Virus record (IMG/VR): IMGVR_UViG_3300025096_000031 | Coordinates: 1 to 50,370 of that record | DNA: 50,370 nt | DNA from: a virus | Lineage: Duplodnaviria > Caudoviricetes | Reading direction: 5' to 3' (one strand) | Shown here: positions 9,434 through 18,447 of the stretch, one piece after another | How positions within the stretch are numbered: position 1 is the first letter of the stretch | How the letters are laid out: every line of letters begins with the position of its first letter | Notes under the pieces: model-generated | Seen by the model: the letters and a program-made list of their open reading frames with translations, nothing else | Told to the model about the DNA's origin: nothing | Database searches by the model: none | Translations under genes and position numbers: made by a program

Positions 9434-10412
9434 AAAACAGAGAATAGAACGCCGCCAGGGGATAGGCGGATCTGATATCCAACACTTATTTAGTATAGAG
9501 CCGTATGGCTGCCAACGATATTTATGGTTGGATAAACAAGGGAATGATCCTGATTACCCGATCCTTTCTGAAGGTGCTATTAAGCGTGGTAATAAATTAG
9601 AAGATATTATAATTGAAGAATATCGTGAAGTGACAGGCAACAATGTCAGGAAGGTCCATAGGACGCTAACTCACAAGACAATCGAATGGGCCAGGGTACA
9701 TTTAGATGGTGAGATAGTAGGAGATCATAGTTATAATCGTGAACCATCCAGGAATGGCCATCCGCCGCTTGGACCAGGCGTCCTGGAATGTAAAAGTGTT
9801 GGCCGCCAGATGTTTATGAAGATAAAACAGGAAGGGATCCCAAACAGTTGGATCCTTCAGATGCAATATGGAATGTTTATTACAAATCGTTCCTGGGCAA
9901 GTATAGCGGTATTGTGGGCAGAGCAATGGGAGTTTATTACATTTAATGTTGATAGGGATGAAGAGATCATCAAGGCTATTCAATATGAAGGGAATAAATT
10001 TTGGGCCAAAGTAGAAAATGGTCCATCACCAGACCGCCTGGATCCGAAGGATAAAAGATGTTCCAGGTGTCCTTACCGCACATCGTGCCAGGGCGCTGCA
10101 TTATTAGGCCAGGTAGCAGACAATGGTGGGGATATCCATTTTGATGATACACTCACTCCTATGGTCCAGGAATTGGTTGAAATGGAACTTGTGGCCACAG
10201 AGGTTAAGGAGCGTATAGATAAAAAGAAAACTTTAATAAAAGATAAGATTGGCGATAGGCCTATGGTTGATTGCACAGGGTATCGTTTACACTATAAGCC
10301 AATTGAAACGAAACGAATAAACACAAGGCGGTTAAAATCAGAAGAGCCTGGTGTATATGAGAAGTATGCGACAGTTTCAGTTTCAAGGCCATTCAAGAAA
10401 ATAGCAAAATAA
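9423..10412 (+). CDS. YqaJ-like (lambda-type) exonuclease
   Basis: RRQGIGGSD, RGNKLE, HLDG, LECK and QMQYGM motifs; start moved to in-frame ATG 9423. Confidence 0.92.
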   Translation: MITEKQRIERRQGIGGSDIQHLFSIEPYGCQRYLWLDKQGNDPDYPILSEGAIKRGNKLEDIIIEEYREVTGNNVRKVHRTLTHKTIEWARVHLDGEIVGDHSYNREPSRNGHPPLGPGVLECKSVGRQMFMKIKQEGIPNSWILQMQYGMFITNRSWASIAVLWAEQWEFITFNVDRDEEIIKAIQYEGNKFWAKVENGPSPDRLDPKDKRCSRCPYRTSCQGAALLGQVADNGGDIHFDDTLTPMVQELVEMELVATEVKERIDKKKTLIKDKIGDRPMVDCTGYRLHYKPIETKRINTRRLKSEEPGVYEKYATVSVSRPFKKIAK

Positions 10413-10421
10413 GGAGTACCG

Positions 10422-11333
10422 ATGAGTAATAGCATAATTAACAAAGAAACCGCAATGGTATTGACCGACGATCAGAAGGATCTGATCAAAAGAACAGTAG
10501 CAAATGGTTGCACAGATGATGAATTGTCCCTGTTCTTATACCAATGTGAGAGATCTGGCCTGGATCCTTTTTCCAGACAGATACATATGATCAAAAGGGG
10601 CAATAGGGCTACCATTCAGACAGGCATTGATGGTTATCGTGCCATTGCTGAAAGAACGGGTAAATATGCAGGGAATGACGAATATCTATATAATGGTGGC
10701 CAGACAGAATATCAACTCCTGGCAAAAGGTGAAAGGCAGCCAAAGGTTGCAACGGCCTGTGTCCGTAAAATAGTGGGTGGTGTGGTGTGTGATTTTAAAG
10801 CATCTGCATCCTGGCTTGAGTATTGCCCAAAAGGAAAGCAAGATTATATGTGGAATAAAATGCCATATTTAATGCTTGGTAAGTGTGCAGAGGCCCTGGC
10901 GCTGCGAAAGGCGTTCCCCAATGATCTATCAGGGATCTACACGGATGATGAGATGGCCCAGGCAGAAGTACAGAGTATTGAAACAAAAACCAAAGGCAAT
11001 GTTGACGACCTAAAAAGGATTATAGCGCCCGTTGTTGGTGATACACCTTATGAGGATTTTGATCGGGAAAATGGTGATTTTAAGCCCGAAGAAGAAGAAG
11101 AAGAGCGTCAGCCAACATTGATTGACCAGATCCGTGAATGTTTAGGCTCAAAGTATGTTAGTGATGAAACGAGGGATAAAGTAGGTCCCTGGTTGGAAAA
11201 GAGTCCTAACTATGATGCGGTTGAAATTTGCCTTAATAAGTTAAGAGGAATGATCGATGAAGGAGAAAAAGCCCAAAAAGAAGAGCCAAAAAAAGGCGGA
11301 CCAGGGGAAGACGATGACGACCTGCCATTTTAA
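10422..11333 (+). CDS. bet: Single-strand annealing protein Bet (RecT/Redbeta family)
   Basis: GLDPFSRQIH, QTGIDGYRAIAERTG, WNKMPYLMLGKCAEALALRKAFP, acidic DDDDLPF tail; RBS AAGGAG. Confidence 0.92.
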   Translation: MSNSIINKETAMVLTDDQKDLIKRTVANGCTDDELSLFLYQCERSGLDPFSRQIHMIKRGNRATIQTGIDGYRAIAERTGKYAGNDEYLYNGGQTEYQLLAKGERQPKVATACVRKIVGGVVCDFKASASWLEYCPKGKQDYMWNKMPYLMLGKCAEALALRKAFPNDLSGIYTDDEMAQAEVQSIETKTKGNVDDLKRIIAPVVGDTPYEDFDRENGDFKPEEEEEERQPTLIDQIRECLGSKYVSDETRDKVGPWLEKSPNYDAVEICLNKLRGMIDEGEKAQKEEPKKGGPGEDDDDLPF

Positions 11334-11405
11334 AATTGTGCTGCCTAATTATTACGGTAGGCACAGTAGCATTTCTTCTAAAACAATAAAATGGTGGGTT
11401 AGCAA

Positions 11406-12284
11406 ATGATCCGATATAATGAAGTTTCAATAACTACCTGGATATCCAGGGATTTCACAACCCTGACACCACACGGAAAACTGTTGTGGCTCTATTTACT
11501 CACAGGTCCCATTAGAAAGCCCCTACCAGGCATATACAGGGCAGGAATAGGTTCTTGCACGGATGACCTGGGTTGGAGCGCAGATGCCTTTAAAAAGGCA
11601 TTTAAGGAATTGTCTGGTAAAAAGATGGCTATAGCAGATTGGTCGTCCAATGTAATCTATTTGCCGAATTGGGCCAAATACAATAGGCCCCCTGCTAATC
11701 CTAATATATTAAAGTCCTGGTTGGGTATGCTTGATTCCATTCCCGATTGTGATTTGAAAAACGAATATATCCAAACATTGGTGGGTGTGTCTTCAGATAA
11801 TAACACATATACTGAACTTATCAATGAGTGGGTTAATGAACGCCAGGACAAACTACATCGTGTGGAAATTAAAAAGGTGGTTCAGAAGGTCACCAGGGAT
11901 ATATCCCCGTACATTAGCCTGGCAGAGAGATATACTGCTGCAGTAAAGGAAGTATTCCCTAAACTGTCCATATTTAAGAATGGTCATATGCCAGAATCAA
12001 TGTTACAATCTGGGGCATCAGAATTAGAGAAACTTCACAGGTTGGATAAGGTTTCCCTGGAGTCAATGGAAGAGATCCTTGAATGGATTATTAGTTCATA
12101 TGATGAAACTGCTAATTTCAATTGGTTATCTAATCTTCAATCATTGAAATCCATTAGGCGTAAGTCTTCAAATGGTAATACCAAGTGGGAAAATATTGTA
12201 TTGCAATATGCAACACACCTTTCTAAAGGTAAGAAAAAAGATAGGGAGATAGACTATAGCGATGTCACAAATTCTCCAATCTAA
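11406..12284 (+). CDS. Phage replication initiator / replisome organiser-like protein
   Basis: N-terminal winged-helix pattern (GKLLWLYLLT...GIY...DDLGW...ELS...IYLPNWAKYN); position after exo-bet. Confidence 0.65.
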   Translation: MIRYNEVSITTWISRDFTTLTPHGKLLWLYLLTGPIRKPLPGIYRAGIGSCTDDLGWSADAFKKAFKELSGKKMAIADWSSNVIYLPNWAKYNRPPANPNILKSWLGMLDSIPDCDLKNEYIQTLVGVSSDNNTYTELINEWVNERQDKLHRVEIKKVVQKVTRDISPYISLAERYTAAVKEVFPKLSIFKNGHMPESMLQSGASELEKLHRLDKVSLESMEEILEWIISSYDETANFNWLSNLQSLKSIRRKSSNGNTKWENIVLQYATHLSKGKKKDREIDYSDVTNSPI

Positions 12285-12762
12285 ACTCAATAAGGTCCAG
12301 AAGGATTATGTAGAGCAGTTAGATGCTTTTCTAAATGTTAATATGAATGATATCCAGGTAAAGAATTGGACAGTAGCACTTTCTAAATATAATGAAGATG
12401 TGCTGCGTGAAGGTTGGAATGAGTTTGTATATCAGGTCAGGCCAGGGTTAATGCCATCTATAACAGATTGTACAAAGATTATGGACCGCATTAGGTTGGA
12501 CCATAATAGGGAGATCCATAACGCTGCTAAAGCCCCAATAGAACGCACAGAAGACAACGCCCACCTACACGATTGGATTGCTGCTATAAGATATGGTTTA
12601 AATCAAAAGCGTGAGGGTAAGTGGAACGAAGGTGAGCGCCTGGAATATATGCTTGATATAGCAAAAGAAATTAAGTTAGATGTAGAGTCTATAGATGAAT
12701 TGGAAATAGATATTGCCAGATGGCGAAGGAATAACCCTGATGTCGAAACGAGTCCGATCTAA
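12262..12762 (+). CDS. Putative replication accessory protein (helicase-loader/G39P-like N-terminus)
   Basis: W..AL..Y....L......V.....MPSI pattern directly after the initiator. Confidence 0.4.
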   Translation: MSQILQSKLNKVQKDYVEQLDAFLNVNMNDIQVKNWTVALSKYNEDVLREGWNEFVYQVRPGLMPSITDCTKIMDRIRLDHNREIHNAAKAPIERTEDNAHLHDWIAAIRYGLNQKREGKWNEGERLEYMLDIAKEIKLDVESIDELEIDIARWRRNNPDVETSPI

Positions 12763-13021
12763 AAATGAATGGAGAGAACCTATGAAATTTGAAATTGTTG
12801 AAAAAGGCGGTGAGAGTCCCAAAGAGAAATCATCAGGCCGTGGCCCTGGTGAGTCTTCTCCTGGCACTATTCACAACTCACCGCCAATATTATTGAGGTT
12901 GTGTCTTGACTTTATCGTGGGCCATCTTCTGGCGCCCGATTTTCAAAGATACCTGGATGATGCTAAAGTAACATTCAATATAGAGGAATATTATAATGAT
13001 GATAAAATCACAGGAAGATAA
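12740..13021 (+). CDS. Hypothetical protein containing an internal RNA hairpin
   Basis: In-frame ATG 12740 overlaps the upstream gene; fills the gap in the operon. Confidence 0.4.
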   Translation: MSKRVRSKNEWREPMKFEIVEKGGESPKEKSSGRGPGESSPGTIHNSPPILLRLCLDFIVGHLLAPDFQRYLDDAKVTFNIEEYYNDDKITGR

Positions 13022-13376
13022 AGTAATTAGCATATTAGAAAAAATTCCTGGTGCCAGGGATAGCGATACGCTGCTTGTGGCCCTGATATGGGATGATGAA
13101 TTGGGTGGTCCCACAAAAACACATAAAATGTCAGCATATCAGTTGTTGGTTATGCTTTCCAGGGGTGAACTACCTAACTATAGATCCATAAGTCGGTGTC
13201 GTAGTAAGGTGGAAGAATCCAGGGAAGATCTTCGGGGTAAGAATTATGCAGCCAGGCAGCGCCACCAGGCGCAAGTCAAAAAAGAGATAATAGATTGGGA
13301 TAAGGTAGAAAAGGATGGCCTATTTGAACCTGAAGATACCAAAGGTAAAGATACCTGGTACCCATACAAGGACTAA
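12996..13376 (+). CDS. Hypothetical protein
   Basis: 126-aa ORF with GAGG upstream, in operon. Confidence 0.75.
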   Translation: MMIKSQEDKVISILEKIPGARDSDTLLVALIWDDELGGPTKTHKMSAYQLLVMLSRGELPNYRSISRCRSKVEESREDLRGKNYAARQRHQAQVKKEIIDWDKVEKDGLFEPEDTKGKDTWYPYKD

Positions 13377-13398
13377 TACTATGAATAAAGAGGTGGCA

Positions 13399-13725
13399 AT
13401 GAGCCTTAATAAAGAGGCGCAATACACGGCAAAGAAATTTTCAAATGTTGCAAGGAAACAGAATTGGACGGGTGAGGTTTTTGAGGTGGATGAAATAATC
13501 CCATTGTCAGCGCAATCGGCTATGGTAGTATTTAAAAAGACTACAGGTAAAAAAGCATTGGCTCATTTTATTCATATCAGACAACAGAAGAGATGGCTAT
13601 ATTATTTCATTGGTGCAGCACACTTGTTGAATTTAGATCTGTTGACTAAAAAATATGCAGAGATTGAAAGTTTTAATTATCCTAAAAACCTATATGAGGT
13701 TAGCGACCAGGGGACGCTTTTATGA
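13399..13725 (+). CDS. Hypothetical protein
   Basis: GAGGTG RBS before in-frame ATG 13399. Confidence 0.65.
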   Translation: MSLNKEAQYTAKKFSNVARKQNWTGEVFEVDEIIPLSAQSAMVVFKKTTGKKALAHFIHIRQQKRWLYYFIGAAHLLNLDLLTKKYAEIESFNYPKNLYEVSDQGTLL

Positions 13726-13952
13726 AGAAAAAGAAAATGACATATCGGGAACTATTGGCGCACATTGAGAGAAGGGACGAATTGTTAATGCAGCGTTTTT
13801 CTAATGCGGAAAGATGGATCAGCAGCGTGGAGCATATGGTTAAATGGCTGATCGAATTCCTATTTAGTAAGCGTCGCAAAAAGAAATTTGATGCATTTAT
13901 TAAAGAGCAGCAGAAAGAAAAAGATGCCATACCCGATGAAACGAAAGTATAA
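13722..13952 (+). CDS. Hypothetical basic protein
   Basis: ATGA overlap with the upstream gene. Confidence 0.65.
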   Translation: MKKKKMTYRELLAHIERRDELLMQRFSNAERWISSVEHMVKWLIEFLFSKRRKKKFDAFIKEQQKEKDAIPDETKV

Positions 13953-14163
13953 GAAACCTGATGGTACATTCAGGTATTATTATGATACAGGTTTATATAA
14001 GGCTAAAAGTATGCCTGGTTTAATTTGTATGGTACTAAAACACAGAGTCTATTGCTCTATGGTTTCGATATTAAGGTATGCACGGAAACGCACCCCCAAT
14101 GTTATTGGTTCCATAGAGCAATATATTAAAAAGATAAGTGGAGGTGTAGATGCCAAAGAGTAA
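13936..14163 (+). CDS. Hypothetical protein
   Basis: In-frame ATG 13936 within track ORF 13888-14163; tight packing. Confidence 0.5.
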   Translation: MKRKYKKPDGTFRYYYDTGLYKAKSMPGLICMVLKHRVYCSMVSILRYARKRTPNVIGSIEQYIKKISGGVDAKE

Positions 14164-14341
14164 ACTAACTATTGATGATCTGAAGGATGATATATTAAAA
14201 TTGATCGATAAGGTTGAGGCCCTGGAACAAAAGATTATCAATCTAAATTGGAAGGTTAATCTTAAATGTAATGATATGCAGAAAAAGATTGATAAGGTTG
14301 AATTAGGCTATGAATTTAAATTAAAACAAAGGAGTGAATAA
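14150..14341 (+). CDS. Small coiled-coil hypothetical protein
   Basis: Strong RBS GGAGGT; heptad pattern. Confidence 0.7.
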   Translation: MPKSKLTIDDLKDDILKLIDKVEALEQKIINLNWKVNLKCNDMQKKIDKVELGYEFKLKQRSE

Positions 14342-14565
14342 TGGATGGACCATTTAAACATAAAGAAGGATTCGGTACATTGTGGTACCAGGATCAGGAA
14401 CAGGGATCTAACAGGCCCATTGCTAAAGGTAAGGCCACAACGCCTGATGGTGTCGAAGTTGAAATAGCAATCTGGAAGGGTAAAACCAAAAAAGGTGACG
14501 ATGTTCTCCAGGTAAGAATTGATCCACCATACCAGGGCGGCAGCCAGGATGAATCCCCCATATAA
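14341..14565 (+). CDS. Small beta-rich protein, possibly ssDNA-binding (DUF736-like)
   Basis: G.LW...RP...G......EIAIWK pattern; RBS AAGGAG. Confidence 0.5.
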   Translation: MDGPFKHKEGFGTLWYQDQEQGSNRPIAKGKATTPDGVEVEIAIWKGKTKKGDDVLQVRIDPPYQGGSQDESPI

Positions 14566-14971
14566 TATTAAATTCATTGTTAGGGGAGATCCTAAAGCAC
14601 AAAAGAGGCATCGTAGCGGAAGGGGATATCATTATGATCCTTCCAAAGGTGACAAAGCAGACTTCCTGTTATTGGCTCATAAACATATCCCCAAGCAGCC
14701 CATAGAAGGCCCTATATTCGTAAAGGTAAGGTATTATATGCCTATACCCACTTCCTGGCCTAAATACCGCAAGAAGGCAGCAGAAAACGATCTTCTGCCC
14801 CATATTAAAACCCCTGACCTGGATAACTTGGTTAAGTTTACCCTGGATGCCCTGGCGCCGTATTGGGTAGACGACCGCCAGGTGTACCTAATGGATCCTG
14901 GTAAGTATTACTCACCTACCCCCAGAACTGAAGTGACTATTCGGCCAGATCTTCCAGATCCGAATCAGTAA
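14549..14971 (+). CDS. rusA: RusA-family Holliday junction resolvase
   Basis: PKAQKRHR, PDLDNLVKFTLDAL and WVDDRQV motifs. Confidence 0.92.
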   Translation: MNPPYNIKFIVRGDPKAQKRHRSGRGYHYDPSKGDKADFLLLAHKHIPKQPIEGPIFVKVRYYMPIPTSWPKYRKKAAENDLLPHIKTPDLDNLVKFTLDALAPYWVDDRQVYLMDPGKYYSPTPRTEVTIRPDLPDPNQ

Positions 14972-15359
14972 CTCCAGGGTTGGTCCACATCCCGTAGGCC
15001 AACTCTCTCAAGGTAAATCTTTCAAAGCAGCCTAACTCTCTAATCTTTTTAATAAGGTTAACGAAGTCCAGGGCAAGGTGTAATTCCTTGTGCTGCTCCC
15101 AATAGTCTGCCAGGAACCCTTCAAACATTCGCCTACTTGCTAACTCTTTCCCGTCCAACGATTCACCCCTATGGGCTACAATGATCATTGCTAACTCTTC
15201 CTGGGTGAAAACCCCTTTAAGGGCGGCCCTGGATTCTTCTCTCAAAGTTGGAAATGACTCCAGGGCGATCCTGGATCCCTGGAACCGATTCTTATAGTGG
15301 CCCTGATAATACTCATTGGCTGCAGCGCTGATCCTGGTAGTGATGCTATTCTGATTCAT
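14937..15359 (-). CDS. Hypothetical protein, possible N-terminal ribbon-helix-helix
   Basis: 140-aa ORF with AAGGA upstream; converges on rusA. Confidence 0.7.
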   Translation of the reverse strand: MNQNSITTRISAAANEYYQGHYKNRFQGSRIALESFPTLREESRAALKGVFTQEELAMIIVAHRGESLDGKELASRRMFEGFLADYWEQHKELHLALDFVNLIKKIRELGCFERFTLRELAYGMWTNPGVTDSDLEDLAE

Positions 15360-15520
15360 AATAATATCCTTTTATTGATTAGATCTAATTTACACCAGGA
15401 TAGGCGGAATAGCCTACAGAAGTGCATATTTACTGAAAAACAGGCCGCCAGGTTGCCCCTTAACGGAGAGATCTCCAGGTTAGGCGGTAGTAAGTATGGG
15501 GGTTATTTGGGGGTTATCGT

Positions 15521-15560
15521 ATAAAAGAAAAGCGGCAGCCCCTTGACAGACTGCCGCTTT
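15521..15560 (-). terminator. Rho-independent terminator of the leftward operon
   Basis: 10-bp stem AAAGCGGCAG/CTGCCGCTTT (15529-15538 and 15551-15560), followed on the minus strand by TCTTTTAT. Confidence 0.7.
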
Positions 15561-15592
15561 GTGCGGTGTAGTTGTGGTGCCGATTTATAGGA

Positions 15593-15685
15593 TTAAATCA
15601 GCCCCAGAAGATAAGCCGCCAGGTACTGACCTGCAATGAATATTGCAGCAGCAGCCAGGTGCAGCAGCAGATCCCTTTTATTCAT
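15593..15685 (-). CDS. 30-aa single-TM peptide MNKRDLLLHLAAAAIFIAGQYLAAYLLGLI (not in track)
   Basis: TAATG overlap with the upstream 290-aa gene; ends just before the terminator. Confidence 0.55.
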   Translation of the reverse strand: MNKRDLLLHLAAAAIFIAGQYLAAYLLGLI

Positions 15686-16557
15686 TATCTCCAGATTGCC
15701 GCAATGGCAGCCTTTGGAGTGGTCTGAACATACTCACCAGAATCGGATTCATATTTATACAGGATCCCGTCATTATCAATATTCAGGTAGCGCCTGGTAT
15801 CGATATGTTTATACAATTGGATTTCCCGTCTGCCCTTAACATTGTTGATCGGGAAGGAACCCATATGCATAAAATCATCAACATACATTGGGCCGAAGTC
15901 ATCCTGGCCCCATTGATCTGTTTCGTCCTTTTCACAATCATCACAGAGCCGTTCCAGGGGTTTCCAATTATGGCCTGAAGGATCTGGATCGTGGGGATTG
16001 ATCTCCTGGCCGCCAACATCACCATCTCTATTATCATCATTTGAAGATGGGTGACACTCCTCACAGAGTTTCCAATCTTCCATAGGATATAGGTTGGCAT
16101 AGTTATTACCAAGCAATGGCATACCGCAATCGGTGGCCCCGTTACCGCTTGTGTATAGGTGCGCCTGGTGCAGCCTCTTTACCCAGGGGAATTTCCGTAT
16201 GGCAGCCCTGGCCGTTGCAGCATCCTGGTAGTATTCCAGGTAGCCGCTTGATCTTGGCAGCATACAGGGTTCATTCCGATCACCCAGGTCGTGAGCAATG
16301 GTGCCTTTGATGGTCACGAAAGCGTCAGCCTCTGGGCCTGTCAGTTCTCTTTCTGACCATTGAACATATCCGACCAGGGCCTTCATTCCATCTGTTTGGA
16401 ACAGGCGGATGTAGTCTGAATATATCATCATCAGATCCAGGTCATTGGGTGGTACAGTTGGATCCAACATCTCATATTTAATTAGGATCCCCTTGAACTG
16501 TTCATATAGGTTTCTGTCCAGGGCCGTTTGGATCCTGGCGGTTATTGTATTATTCAT
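15685..16557 (-). CDS. Hypothetical mosaic early protein with a Cys/His motif
   Basis: RBS GAGGAG; AH...DCG...CEECH and FMHM...YKHIDTRRYLNID segments. Confidence 0.75.
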   Translation of the reverse strand: MNNTITARIQTALDRNLYEQFKGILIKYEMLDPTVPPNDLDLMMIYSDYIRLFQTDGMKALVGYVQWSERELTGPEADAFVTIKGTIAHDLGDRNEPCMLPRSSGYLEYYQDAATARAAIRKFPWVKRLHQAHLYTSGNGATDCGMPLLGNNYANLYPMEDWKLCEECHPSSNDDNRDGDVGGQEINPHDPDPSGHNWKPLERLCDDCEKDETDQWGQDDFGPMYVDDFMHMGSFPINNVKGRREIQLYKHIDTRRYLNIDNDGILYKYESDSGEYVQTTPKAAIAAIWR

Positions 16558-16606
16558 CTTTTTTGATCTCCTCTTATGCGGTTATTTAATAATTCCCAAT
16601 GGCTAC

Positions 16607-16834
16607 TCAAGAGTACACCTCCAGGATATGTTCACAAAGGTTCGCTATGCCTTCATTAGATCTAACGAAGCCGTGTTTACATAGGCTAAAATCGAAGGCA
16701 TCAGGATCATCATTTTTCATAAATTTCTGATATGCCAGGGCCTTCCGTTCAGTTGGGAAGAAACGGATCGTCAGAAAGTTCTGATCAGGATCCATTTCTC
16801 CGTATGGCGTTTGCCAGGTTAATGACCAAATCAT
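16607..16834 (-). CDS. Hypothetical early protein
   Basis: GAGG RBS; part of the leftward operon. Confidence 0.65.
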   Translation of the reverse strand: MIWSLTWQTPYGEMDPDQNFLTIRFFPTERKALAYQKFMKNDDPDAFDFSLCKHGFVRSNEGIANLCEHILEVYS

Positions 16835-16843
16835 ATTGGCCTC

Positions 16844-17104
16844 CTATTGTTTAGTTGTGCATTCATCATCAATCTGATGGATGCGGTTGGTTATTTTAAT
16901 TAGATCTGCCAGGTACCTATATGAGTAAAGGATCTGATCATAACTCTGTACCCGTTTATTTCTCCTGATGTACTGCCATACCTTTGCTGCAGAGTTCCAT
17001 ACTATGGATCTGTATGCAAGTTTATGCCAATCGTCAGGATCTCTTGGTAGATCTACTTCGCCGCCGCCCTTTATCCAGGCAGCAGTTTTATCATCGAAGG
17101 TCAT
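16844..17104 (-). CDS. Hypothetical early protein
   Basis: AGGAG RBS upstream of ATG 17104. Confidence 0.7.
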   Translation of the reverse strand: MTFDDKTAAWIKGGGEVDLPRDPDDWHKLAYRSIVWNSAAKVWQYIRRNKRVQSYDQILYSYRYLADLIKITNRIHQIDDECTTKQ

Positions 17105-17137
17105 CGTATTATTTCTCCTGTTTTGTTATTGAGATTG

Positions 17138-17163
17138 CTAACTTTACTAACTTTACTAACTTT
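17138..17163. repeat. Tandem 9-bp repeat CTAACTTTA x3
   Basis: Copies at 17138, 17147 and 17156 (last base differs). Confidence 0.85.
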
Positions 17164-17279
17164 GAAAATCTGAAGGGCTAACATTTTAACTTTGGATAAT
17201 AATATCGGGGCGTGTACGCCGCGACCTGGCCAGGCGCAACCAGGGGGAAAAAAAATAAATGTTAGATCTAACGGCCGCC

Positions 17280-17309
17280 GCCAGGATCTGGCCAGGATCT
17301 GGCCAGGAT
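17280..17309. repeat. Tandem 11-bp repeat GCCAGGATCTG (2.7 copies)
   Basis: gccaggatctg gccaggatctg gccaggat. Confidence 0.9.
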
Positions 17310-17641
17310 AAAAAGAACAAAAAAAATATAAGGCGCCAGGGCCAGGGCCAGGGATCCGATCCCCTGCCCTGGTGCTGCCCTGCTGCCGTTGTCCTGCTGC
17401 TGCTGCACTTATTGGCCTCTGATCACCTGGCCAAACGGTTACAGGCTGCAGCGCCTGGCGGCCTCCAGGTGCCAGGCTTAACAGGATCAGGATTATTATT
17501 AAGGTTGTGATCATCTGCCCAGGATCCACCGCACGGCGTAAAACACAGGCCGCACGAAGGCGCCCCAGATCAGCCAAACCATAGACAGGATAAACACCTT
17601 GAAAGAACTCACAATAACATTTATTATTAATCTGGGGTAAC

Positions 17642-18259
17642 TCATTTCAGCACCTCAAATATATTTACGGTTGGATCTTCCAGGGTGTAACATTTTAAGC
17701 AATCCAGACAGGCCCCGAAACAATTAGACGGGGCGCCTTTGTCCTTTTCTGTCTGGTTGTTAAATGTTTTATCGAAACCAGGCGGCAGCGCTGCGGCCTT
17801 ATTAAATTCCTGATCATTACTAAATATTAAAATCAGGTTAGAAGGCTTGGCGCCGTGCTGCTCTATTGCTTTGATCACCAGGCCTGGGCGCTTGGTCCAC
17901 AGGCTGAAAGTAGTGGAAGGGGCCAGGTCACAGATCCGCAGCAAGTTCACGGCGTGAGCCAGGTTGATCAGTTCGCCGTGAGCGCTGAAACGAATATAAA
18001 GCGCATTGGGCGGCTTGGGTAGATATCGGCCAGGGTGTACCCGTTCCGATAAATAACGGCCGTTGTTTTCCCAACTTGGAGCGCAGTTCTGGCGGCTCGT
18101 CTGCAGCATTCTAATGCTATAACAAGCAGCACAGGCGGCCCTTTTCGCTTTGTTCATTGCCTGGCAAAACTTATTGACCAGGGGCGAAGTGTTAAGGGCA
18201 GGGATCCCTTTTAATTTGCCCGTCATTACTGACCAGGTGGCCAGGGTTGGCGCACTCAC
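17642..18259 (-). CDS. Gp88-like Cys-rich (radical-SAM-like) phage protein
   Basis: GKLKGIP...C...C..CYS, IRFSAHGEL, FSLWTKR and C-terminal C...C..C..CY; GTG start overlapping the upstream stop. Confidence 0.65.
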   Translation of the reverse strand: MSAPTLATWSVMTGKLKGIPALNTSPLVNKFCQAMNKAKRAACAACYSIRMLQTSRQNCAPSWENNGRYLSERVHPGRYLPKPPNALYIRFSAHGELINLAHAVNLLRICDLAPSTTFSLWTKRPGLVIKAIEQHGAKPSNLILIFSNDQEFNKAAALPPGFDKTFNNQTEKDKGAPSNCFGACLDCLKCYTLEDPTVNIFEVLK

Positions 18260-18447
18260 GCCAGGGCCACAGGTTGCGGCGCTGCTGCACCTGGTTTAAT
18301 CTCTTTGACCTGGTACCCGTGCGCCTGGATCTGGCCCAGGGTTGAGATCCCCAGGGCTGCCAGGGCCTGGCCAAGTTCCTTCAGGCTGCTAAACCTGGGG
18401 GCCACAGGTTGGCCCGTGCTTGTCAGGATCAATAAGTAATATTTCAT
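18256..18447 (-). CDS. Small hypothetical early protein
   Basis: GGAGGTG RBS; ATGA overlap; start moved to ATG 18447. Confidence 0.65.
   Translation of the reverse strand: MKYYLLILTSTGQPVAPRFSSLKELGQALAALGISTLGQIQAHGYQVKEIKPGAAAPQPVALA

Noticed and set aside
11338-11372. TGCCTA...TAGGCA hairpin after bet as a terminator
   Set aside because: Only a 6-bp core stem with a 10-nt loop and no adjacent U-tract; too weak to call
11406-12284. Lambda-type iterons inside the initiator gene
   Set aside because: No convincing direct repeats found by eye
17101-17577. 158-aa minus-strand ORF and overlapping 83-aa plus-strand ORF
   Set aside because: Low-complexity translations of the motif-dense island; no convincing RBS or start
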